DNA of 64,000 nucleotides from an uncultured Chryseobacterium sp. (GTDB lineage Bacteria; Bacteroidota; Bacteroidia; UBA10329): NCBI GenBank assembly GCA_964457245.1, contig CAYWET010000008.1, positions 30,270 to 94,269 of the forward strand, read 5' to 3'. Shown piece by piece: positions 51,646 to 59,128 of this stretch (position 1 is its first letter; each line of letters starts with the position of its first letter). The notes under the pieces were generated by a model. It saw only the letters and a program-made list of their open reading frames with translations, ran no database searches and was not told where the DNA came from. The position numbers and the translations under genes were made by a program.

Positions 51646-52857
51646 ATGCTAGAAGCGCTAAAAGATATATGGACCCGATTGGTTTGGGGTGAGAAGTTCA
51701 CCTCAATCCATGTTCATTTATTGGATAATGAAGAAGCGCAATTCAGTGCGATAACCATTGAGCGAAAAGCGGATGACCTCTCGATTCTTGATCAGCTAAG
51801 TACATTGAGTTCAATTGATGGTCTCAAAGACTTTGCGGATGATATGATTCCGTTAGCTATCGTGATTACTGGAAAAGGCGTGATCAGTAAGCGGCTTCCT
51901 AGAAATGTTGGAGGTGAGGAAGCACAGATAAGAGAGTATCTAAGAGAATATGGAAATACCGAAGTTACTCATACGGTTACTCTCAATGAAAATTGGCTTT
52001 ACATCAATATCATGCGTTCGGATCTGGTCAATACTTGGTTGACCAAGTTTCAGAAAGCTGGGGTACATCCGGTCAGAATTGAACTTGGCCCATCAACAGG
52101 ATGGGAAATCCTTCAGTTTCTTGATGGGCGTGAAGTTGAGACAGGGCAATACAAGTTTGAGTTTGATGGTCATGGTCTAGGGATTATCGAAGAGTCGGGA
52201 TCAGAGCCAGGCTCGTATCTCTTGGATGGTGATTCGTTATCAGGTCAATTGTTGTTGCCTTATGCAGGTGTTGTATCACTTCTAAGAAACTTGGATTCAG
52301 GTTCGGATGACGGTCTTCTGAATCAAAAATTTCAAACCTCATACTACGAGAGGGCAACCAAAAAAGCAGGACTTGTTTCCGTTGCCGTTTTGTTTGTAGT
52401 GCTTCTGATCAATGCAGGTTTGTTCATGCATTATCATGAAAAACAATCCACGCTTGAAGGCCAGTTGCTTGAGTATCAGGGTAAGCTTTCTGAAGTGGAA
52501 TTACTGCAAACAGAGCTGGAACAGAAACGTTTGATGGCTCGTGCCTCAGGGAATAACACGCATGGAAGGTTCGCATATTATGCCGATCAGGTTGCGGCAG
52601 TGCTGAATGGAAATATTAGACTTACTCGATTGACCGTAAACCCGATTCAACCGAAGGAAGCTCGATCCAATAAAATAACGGTGAGGTCAAATGTGCTGGA
52701 GGTTGAAGGACTTTGTAAGGAGAGTTCAGAACTGGATGATTGGATAACAAAACTGAACGGTCTGGAAGACGTGTCGTCCGTGCGGATTTTGGATTTTGGT
52801 AAAAAGCGGGATAGTGATGAAAACGCATTTTCCATTGAGATTACAATGAAAGGCTGA
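51646..52857 (+). CDS. GspL/PilM-PilN-like alignment protein
   Basis: Cytoplasmic N domain, one TM, a coiled coil and a ferredoxin-like C-terminus (LEVEG...FSIEI); operon position. Confidence 0.7.
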   Translation: MLEALKDIWTRLVWGEKFTSIHVHLLDNEEAQFSAITIERKADDLSILDQLSTLSSIDGLKDFADDMIPLAIVITGKGVISKRLPRNVGGEEAQIREYLREYGNTEVTHTVTLNENWLYINIMRSDLVNTWLTKFQKAGVHPVRIELGPSTGWEILQFLDGREVETGQYKFEFDGHGLGIIEESGSEPGSYLLDGDSLSGQLLLPYAGVVSLLRNLDSGSDDGLLNQKFQTSYYERATKKAGLVSVAVLFVVLLINAGLFMHYHEKQSTLEGQLLEYQGKLSEVELLQTELEQKRLMARASGNNTHGRFAYYADQVAAVLNGNIRLTRLTVNPIQPKEARSNKITVRSNVLEVEGLCKESSELDDWITKLNGLEDVSSVRILDFGKKRDSDENAFSIEITMKG

Positions 52858-53390
52858 TGTTGAAGGGTGTCGGATATAAGCGTAGGTTTCAATTGCTACT
52901 GTTGATGGTTGGATTAGCTCCTTTCCTGATTTACTGGTTGTCTATCTCGGACACAATGGAAGCTGCATCAGCATGCAGTGATTTGCAGGAGCAGTACGAG
53001 CAGGTCGGAGACCTCGATATGCAACTTGGCGTACTTCGTCAAAAGCTGGCATCTTCCAATGCTTCATTGGGGATGTCCGAATTTGATGACAGATCGTTTC
53101 AGACCAGACTTTTGAACGCGGTAAGCGGCTACTGCGAGAAGAACTCGCTGGATGTTGTCGGATTCTCAAATGCAGAAAGCTTTCGAGAAGGTGACCTGTT
53201 TGTGGAAACAATACCAGTAACGGTCGAAGGAAGCTTTCAGGACACGTTGAAACTGATTCATTACTTAGAAACAGAATCCAAAACTGGAAGGTTGATCTCC
53301 GTCAGTCATCAGTTAAAGAGACAGTCTAATAGTAGAAGAAAGGTGCTACAGACCACCATTCATGTTCAGAACATAACTAAAGCCTCATGA
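52857..53390 (+). CDS. GspM/PilO-like protein
   Basis: N-terminal TM, coiled coil and VTVEGSFQDTLKLIHYLE. Confidence 0.7.
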   Translation: MLKGVGYKRRFQLLLLMVGLAPFLIYWLSISDTMEAASACSDLQEQYEQVGDLDMQLGVLRQKLASSNASLGMSEFDDRSFQTRLLNAVSGYCEKNSLDVVGFSNAESFREGDLFVETIPVTVEGSFQDTLKLIHYLETESKTGRLISVSHQLKRQSNSRRKVLQTTIHVQNITKAS

Positions 53391-54328
53391 GCGGAAGATA
53401 TTTATACATTTTGACCATTTCGTGTTTATTGATGTTTGGCTGCGAGGACTTCTTTGAACAGGATCTTTCAGGTAAAACCGTGACATTGATTGCCCCTTCG
53501 GATAGCGTGGTGACCGACCTAAGTGTTCAAACATTCTGGTGGGACGAGCTGGATGGAGCGCTAGAATATGAGCTTCAGGTGGTTACCGCTCGGTTTGATT
53601 CAATTGTTCAGTTGATCGTTGATACTACCATATCTGGTACGCAATTCCAGCAAACCCTTTATCCTGGTCAGTTTCAATGGCGGGTTAGAGCTTTGAATGG
53701 TGCTTATATGTCAGAGTACGCTGTTCGAACTCTCACGGTAGACAGTACAACCGACCTGTCCGCTCAGACCGTTGTTCTGTCCTCACCATTAAGCGGAGGA
53801 TATACAAGTGACCTTACGGTTGAATTCGAATGGCAAACGCTATCCTTGGCAAGTTGGTACCGCTTTCAGGTTAGCGATGATGCTTTTGTTTCTGGGGCCA
53901 ATGTGTTAGATACTACGGTTTTCACGGAAAGTGTTGATGTGGTGTTCGGAGATGATCAACAGTATTATTGGCGTGTGAGGGGCGAAACGGAAACTTCGGT
54001 TTCGACCTATTCCACAATTTGGGATGTAACGGTCGATACCACTTCGCCAGGAAGTGTCAGTCTTTGGCTGCCAGCGGATAATGATGCATTCATTTCCCAA
54101 AGTTTTGACTTTGCATGGCAAACGGTTTCGGATGCTGGTTCACCGATCATTGATTCGCTTTATGTGTATTCCGACTCGCTTGTGACGCTCTACGATAGTT
54201 ATTTGGGAGTGCAAGGGAATGTGACGGATTCTGTGGAGGTTGGCACTTATTATTGGCGAGTGCGCACCTTTGATGAAGCTGGTAACGAAGGAGGTTATTC
54301 GGAGGTCAGAAAGTTCACCGTATTCTAA
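53387..54328 (+). CDS. Lipoprotein with three FN3/Ig-like domains
   Basis: Lipobox MFGC; three units L..P...F.W...Y.WRVR. Confidence 0.75.
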   Translation: MSGRYLYILTISCLLMFGCEDFFEQDLSGKTVTLIAPSDSVVTDLSVQTFWWDELDGALEYELQVVTARFDSIVQLIVDTTISGTQFQQTLYPGQFQWRVRALNGAYMSEYAVRTLTVDSTTDLSAQTVVLSSPLSGGYTSDLTVEFEWQTLSLASWYRFQVSDDAFVSGANVLDTTVFTESVDVVFGDDQQYYWRVRGETETSVSTYSTIWDVTVDTTSPGSVSLWLPADNDAFISQSFDFAWQTVSDAGSPIIDSLYVYSDSLVTLYDSYLGVQGNVTDSVEVGTYYWRVRTFDEAGNEGGYSEVRKFTVF

Positions 54329-54804
54329 TGCAGAACAAGAAGCTCCTTTACATATTGCTACCTGTTGTTGTTGTGGTCTGGGGATTGATCATCTTTAAGA
54401 TTATTGATGCGCTTTCAGAGGACGAAGTTCCCGTTTTGAACCGTCAACCAGAGGTTGTTGCTATGAAGCAATCGGATTTTAAGTATGAGCTTGCTTTGAA
54501 TTACCCGGATCCGTTTCTAGGGAAGTCAAAACGGTCAGAACCGAAAAAAGTAACGGACAAAAAGAAAGCTCCAACTCTAACCAAAAAGAAAAGGGAAACA
54601 CCCAAAGTCCAAGCTCCAAAATTGAGGTATAACGGAAGAATTGAAAATCGTGAGTCCAGTGATGAGCGTCATTTGATCGCGGTAAATGGAAACGCACATA
54701 TCATATCACTTGGAGAGGAAGTTGACGGAGTCAAACTGGAGAAAGTGTATGCCGATTCCGTGCTGTTCAAATGGAATAATGAAAAGATATATGTTAGACG
54801 ATGA
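54328..54804 (+). CDS. GspC/PilP-like protein
   Basis: N-terminal TM, DPF motif, LRYNG.I and GEEVDGVKLEKV. Confidence 0.65.
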   Translation: MQNKKLLYILLPVVVVVWGLIIFKIIDALSEDEVPVLNRQPEVVAMKQSDFKYELALNYPDPFLGKSKRSEPKKVTDKKKAPTLTKKKRETPKVQAPKLRYNGRIENRESSDERHLIAVNGNAHIISLGEEVDGVKLEKVYADSVLFKWNNEKIYVRR

Positions 54805-55361
54805 GACAACTAACCATCATATTATTCTCTTTCGCTGTTGTGGGATTGTTCAGCTGTTCAGCTGACAGGCAATTAATGCGTGAAGCCAGAAAGGTCAAAT
54901 ATCAAAGCATAACTATCAGTTCTGCGGAAGGACAGAAAAAGTTTGAGACCATCAACGACCTTACGCCAAATGTCAAACCGAAGATGGAGCAGTGGTATCA
55001 TTGGTATCAACCGCATCAGATCCATAAGACCGCAGGGAATTTCTCTGGTAGGCTTTTATGGGGAGAGTATGAGGATTATTTTCCTGATGGTTCGCTTCGT
55101 GAGAAGGGTTTCTTTAAAAAAGGCATGAAGAGTGGCGAGTGGATGTCTTGGTACGAGAATGGGCAACTTAAAGAAGTTGCAGAATACAAACAAGGCCTTA
55201 AGCATGGAGATTATAAGTCCTTTGATCAAAAGGGTAACGTGATGATTCAAGGGGTTTTCAAAAAGGGAATCTACGCGGGCGTCAAGAAGTCTGCTTGGAA
55301 ACAGTTCGTTGACTTCATCACTTTTAAGAAAATGCGAGGAGGAAAGAAGGATGCAAATTGA
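54801..55361 (+). CDS. MORN-variant repeat (YwqK-like) lipoprotein
   Basis: Lipobox LFSC; repeats GEY..YFPDGSL, GEW.SWYENGQL and GDY.SFD.KG. Confidence 0.8.
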   Translation: MRQLTIILFSFAVVGLFSCSADRQLMREARKVKYQSITISSAEGQKKFETINDLTPNVKPKMEQWYHWYQPHQIHKTAGNFSGRLLWGEYEDYFPDGSLREKGFFKKGMKSGEWMSWYENGQLKEVAEYKQGLKHGDYKSFDQKGNVMIQGVFKKGIYAGVKKSAWKQFVDFITFKKMRGGKKDAN

Positions 55362-56559
55362 TCTTGGAAAAGAGCTAAAAGCCAGTGCACTTATATATAC
55401 TGTGCTGATTTCGCTCGTTCTTTCCTTGATAACCTTGTCGTTGGTCACTGCAATGCAGTTGCACAATCAGCGAATCGCTGAAATAACCGACATGCACCAA
55501 GTAGTTCGAAACGTGAACTCTGGTGTTAACTTGATGCTAGCGGATACATCACTTGGAAGGTCGAAAGTTGAAGCAAAAGACCTTTTCGGAGATGGTATTG
55601 ATAGTGTTTATCTCAGGAGAATACCCTGGGGAGGTTTTGAGGTGGTTTCGGTTCGAGCAAAACGAAGAAGGCAGGAGGGAACCAAGCATGTGTTGGCAGG
55701 CAGCCTGTTGCCTGATACAATGGACGTTCTGATCATGGCTGACAAGGGCAAGCCATTATCCCTGTGTGGCGATACCCGAATAGAAGGCTCTGTTCAGGTG
55801 CCGAAGTCTGGTGTTAAAAGAGCGTACATAGAAGGGAAGAATTATGTGGGCAAAAAACTTGTTTACGGCAATCAGACCAATAGTTCCAGCTCTTTGCCAT
55901 CGGTTTCCATTCCTTCATTCAATGAGTTGATTTCCCATGATGCGCAAGTGATAAACTACGAAGACCTACAGGTGCTTACCTTGGAAAGGTCGTTTGGAGA
56001 GAAGCAGTTGCTGATAGAAACCTTTGATAGAGTGGATCTTTCGAGGATGAGCTGTTCAGGGAACATATTGATTCGGTCGGAGACGGCAATTCATGTTGGG
56101 AATTCAACGGAATTGTCAGGTTGTATTCTCTCAGCACCAAAGGTCAGTTTCGACCGTGGGTTTGAAGGTGATGTTCAGGTATATGCAGATTCAGTTTCGA
56201 TCGGCCTAGAAACTAGGCTTGAATACCCGTCTGGCATCTATGCTAAGGATGGAAGTATCTCCTTGGATGATGGAGCTGTTCTGGCCGGATATATTGTAAT
56301 GGAAAGCTCCGACACCGACCCAATTGTAAGTTTGGGGCAAGATGCACGGGTTTATGGAACACTTTACAACCAAGGCAAGACCGAATTGAAAGGTGCGATT
56401 TATGGAGAATTGTTGACAGGTGGTTTTATTCTTAGAACTGCATCTGCCACCTACGAAAACCACTTGCTGGATGCGGTCATATCGCAAAGTGAATTACCTC
56501 GACCATTCGCTTCCAATATTGCCGATGGTAGACTTACTTCAATCAAAGAGATGAAATGA
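55351..56559 (+). CDS. Large minor pseudopilin, GspK/PilX-like
   Basis: KA|SALIYTVLISL prepilin-like leader lacking E5, as is typical of GspK. ATG 55351 preferred. Confidence 0.65.
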   Translation: MQIDLGKELKASALIYTVLISLVLSLITLSLVTAMQLHNQRIAEITDMHQVVRNVNSGVNLMLADTSLGRSKVEAKDLFGDGIDSVYLRRIPWGGFEVVSVRAKRRRQEGTKHVLAGSLLPDTMDVLIMADKGKPLSLCGDTRIEGSVQVPKSGVKRAYIEGKNYVGKKLVYGNQTNSSSSLPSVSIPSFNELISHDAQVINYEDLQVLTLERSFGEKQLLIETFDRVDLSRMSCSGNILIRSETAIHVGNSTELSGCILSAPKVSFDRGFEGDVQVYADSVSIGLETRLEYPSGIYAKDGSISLDDGAVLAGYIVMESSDTDPIVSLGQDARVYGTLYNQGKTELKGAIYGELLTGGFILRTASATYENHLLDAVISQSELPRPFASNIADGRLTSIKEMK

Positions 56560-56870
56560 AACTGAAAGCGTTCAGTCTTATAGAATCACTGGTGGCCCTT
56601 AGCATATTGGCATTCGTCACCATAGCCTCTCTGGTTATTGTGGGCAAACTTTACTCTTCAGCCCAACTTGATATGGGAGAGGTTTATGGAGCCATGAAAC
56701 AAATGGAAAATCGAACAACTCACACCACTTCTCAATCGTTTGAAACTTTTGTGGTTGAGACATCGGTCGCAGACCATGGTAAGGGGCTGGATGAGGTGAC
56801 GATTACTGCCAAGCATCATAGTGGAAAACCCATTCTCGCAATAAAGAAATTGGTATTCCATGAAGAATAG
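56556..56870 (+). CDS. Minor pseudopilin (GspI/PilV-like)
   Basis: KA|FSLIESLVALSIL. Confidence 0.8.
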   Translation: MKLKAFSLIESLVALSILAFVTIASLVIVGKLYSSAQLDMGEVYGAMKQMENRTTHTTSQSFETFVVETSVADHGKGLDEVTITAKHHSGKPILAIKKLVFHEE

Positions 56871-57324
56871 GTTGCGGGCATTCACGCTGATAGAGGTACT
56901 CATTACCTTGGTTATTACGGGTATTGCCGTGGTGATGGTCGGTTATGCATTCAGAACGGTAAAGTCTACGTCCAATAAGGTGAGTGCGGGGATCAGCGGT
57001 GTTGAGTCATGTTATTTTCTGATGTCAGATGTTGAACGCCTTTTCAGTTCAGAAGCAGGTCCAATCTTCAGATTCAATGAGGTGAAATTCACTCATACGT
57101 CATATGATTTTGGTGTTGAATACACGGTTCGGAAGCAGAACGGGAGAATTGACACGTTTCCAAACCATTTGGTGCAACCGGTACACGGGTCGACCATTGA
57201 TAAACGATTTAAACAACCTGTAGATTCGTTGGCATTCATTCACCAAGAGGCTGAATTCAAATTGAAGAAGCAAGGTTCGTTAGCTGAGTATGTGAACAAT
57301 AGTATTGAGCATGGCGAAGATTGA
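56860..57324 (+). CDS. Minor pseudopilin (GspJ/PilW-like)
   Basis: RA|FTLIEVLITLVITGI. Confidence 0.8.
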   Translation: MKNRLRAFTLIEVLITLVITGIAVVMVGYAFRTVKSTSNKVSAGISGVESCYFLMSDVERLFSSEAGPIFRFNEVKFTHTSYDFGVEYTVRKQNGRIDTFPNHLVQPVHGSTIDKRFKQPVDSLAFIHQEAEFKLKKQGSLAEYVNNSIEHGED

Positions 57325-58447
57325 CCTGAGAACTAATTCGACCAAAAAGGAAGCTGCACGGTCATGGACCGAGCAGTTGTCTGAACTCATGTCACGGGAC
57401 TTTCAGCTCTCAGGTAGTTCTCTAAGCAATAGCATCAAAGAACAACTTTACTCTGATCTGCACCTGCTTATTGTGTCCGGTCTGGATATCCGTTCCTCAT
57501 TGGATCTGATATTCAATGAATCAAAAGAGGGTAAGGTCAAGAAGGTGCTGGGCGAGGTCAGAGAAGCGGTTTACGCTGGACGTTCGTTAGGAGATGTCCT
57601 TTCTGAAACAGAAGGATTTACAGAATATGAAGTACAGTCTGTAAGAATAGGAGAGGAAACTGGGGCTATGGCGGAAATCTTCGGGAACCTATCGGATGAT
57701 TTTAGAGAACGGATAAAGATGCGAAGGGAACTGGTTACCGCATTCAGTTATCCACTTATGGTTACTGGAATTGCGGTTCTTGCAGTTGGTTTCATGATGA
57801 CCTTCGTAGTTCCACTTTTCAGTGATTTGTTTCAAAGGTTAGGTCAAGATCTTCCGTGGTTGACCCAGCAAGTAATCGCTTTTTCGGAGTTTGTTTCCTC
57901 ATACTGGTGGGTTTTGGTTCTGATTATCGCACTGTCGGTAGTTTTCTGGACTTATGGTCGACAACAGCTGAATATTCGATTGAAAACGGACCTATTACTT
58001 CTGAAAATTCCGCTTTTGGGTTCAATTCTCAAGGAGTCGGTTATGGCGCGATTTACAGGTTCGATGTCCTTTATGCTGAAATCTCAAGTGAGCCTTTTAC
58101 GGGCTCTTAAATTGTCAGCCGAGATGACGGAGTTTTCGCTTCTCAAAAGGGCGGCTGTTGAAATTGAGGAAGGTCTGATAAAGGGAGAGAATCTGACAAC
58201 TCTAATCTCTAAGAATCCTTTGTTTGACAATCGTTTTACTGCCATGGTCAAAGTTGGAGAAGAAGTCAATCAATTGGAACGCGTTTTCAGTCATCTGTCA
58301 GAGCAGTACAGTGAACAGATTCAACGCAGAACCAAAACTCTAAATACGTTTCTGGAGCCCCTGATGATTGGCTTCTTGGGAATTGTGGTCGGGACTATCT
58401 TGATTGCGATGTATTTGCCTTTGTTTGAGATGAACTCAGCTTTTTAA
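57311..58447 (+). CDS. gspF: T2SS/T4P inner-membrane platform protein GspF/PilC
   Basis: Two GspF domains: SGL, IGEETG, AFSYP, VGEE, FLEP and AMYLPLF. Confidence 0.93.
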   Translation: MAKIDLRTNSTKKEAARSWTEQLSELMSRDFQLSGSSLSNSIKEQLYSDLHLLIVSGLDIRSSLDLIFNESKEGKVKKVLGEVREAVYAGRSLGDVLSETEGFTEYEVQSVRIGEETGAMAEIFGNLSDDFRERIKMRRELVTAFSYPLMVTGIAVLAVGFMMTFVVPLFSDLFQRLGQDLPWLTQQVIAFSEFVSSYWWVLVLIIALSVVFWTYGRQQLNIRLKTDLLLLKIPLLGSILKESVMARFTGSMSFMLKSQVSLLRALKLSAEMTEFSLLKRAAVEIEEGLIKGENLTTLISKNPLFDNRFTAMVKVGEEVNQLERVFSHLSEQYSEQIQRRTKTLNTFLEPLMIGFLGIVVGTILIAMYLPLFEMNSAF

Positions 58448-58499
58448 GTGCTTGGATTGGGAACGGACTTCAAAATAAGTTCTAAATCTTTCCAAATTT

Positions 58500-58530
58500 G
58501 GTTCGACCTCTGTCCACCCGGCTCTACTAA
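58500..58530 (+). other. Right att junction (attP-derived arm plus core CTACTAA at 58524-58530)
   Basis: GGTTCGA-N17-CTACTAA. The minus strand reads LVEPGGQRSNQIWKDLELILKSVPNPST* (stop 58444-58446), in frame with the recombinase LV codons at the left core. Confidence 0.72.
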
Positions 58531-58574
58531 TTAAGATTATCCGCATCCGATAGGCAGGCCAATTTAAATGCAAA

Positions 58575-59090
58575 ATGACCACAAAGGAAGAGTATGAGTT
58601 AGCCAAACTAAAGTCGCAGGTGCGAAAGTTTGAAAGGTCTTCATTGCTAGCACCAGCTTTGTCATTTGTAGTGGTGATATTATTGGAAGCGTCTCTGTTT
58701 GTGCAATTTGGCAACCAAGTCTCGGGAGTTTTATCTATGCTTATTCTGATGATTATGGCTATTGCCATAGGCTGGCCTACTAAGAGAATCCCTTCAACAT
58801 ATAACCACACGATTTGTAAAATCTCTGTTAGTAGTGGAGGATTAACTCTGCAGACGTTTTCAGTTAAGGATTATTTGCTGCAGAATCTTGCTGGGAAAGA
58901 GCTGTTGTGTAATGAAGCGAACACCAACCTGATATCCATAAGTGCTAATTACCCTTTAAGGGTTAATGGTATGGGTAGTGATTGCATACTTATAAACCAT
59001 AATGGGAGTACTTATTATCTGATAAAATCGTGTTTTAGGGTTGACGTAATTGACCAACTCCTATTCCACATTGGAGAAACAAAAAACTAA
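58575..59090 (+). CDS. Hypothetical membrane protein
   Basis: Two TM segments, AT-rich appearance, no family recognised. Confidence 0.5.
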   Translation: MTTKEEYELAKLKSQVRKFERSSLLAPALSFVVVILLEASLFVQFGNQVSGVLSMLILMIMAIAIGWPTKRIPSTYNHTICKISVSSGGLTLQTFSVKDYLLQNLAGKELLCNEANTNLISISANYPLRVNGMGSDCILINHNGSTYYLIKSCFRVDVIDQLLFHIGETKN

Positions 59091-59128
59091 TCGGAATGGA
59101 AGGTTGCTAGATGTTTGAGATGCTACTG

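Larger units (their letters stand above)
16992..58530. mobile_element. ~41.5 kb serine-recombinase genomic island integrated at the tRNA-Arg 3' end
   Basis: Recombinase overlaps the tRNA. CTACTAA occurs at both ends, each preceded by GGTTCGA. Joining the ends extends the recombinase in frame. Contents are all accessory. Confidence 0.8.

Noticed and set aside
58495-58530. GGTTCGA...GGCTCTACTA as a second tRNA or tmRNA 3' end
   Set aside because: No cloverleaf or T-stem pairing; better explained as the attP-derived arm.
16992-58530. Integrative conjugative element or T6SS locus
   Set aside because: No relaxase, VirB4/TraG, coupling protein, VgrG, Hcp or PAAR recognisable. The transfer route is unknown.
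58436-58810. 124-aa minus-strand ORF across the right att site
   Set aside because: Antisense shadow of the 58575 gene. The meaningful reading is a different frame (LVEPGGQRSNQ...). A crossover at GGCT that would use this frame alters the tRNA discriminator base and loses the 5-bp motif offset.
59101-59128. GGTT...GATGCTACTG as an alternative right att
   Set aside because: Only a GCTACT match, with spacing that fits neither attB nor attP geometry.
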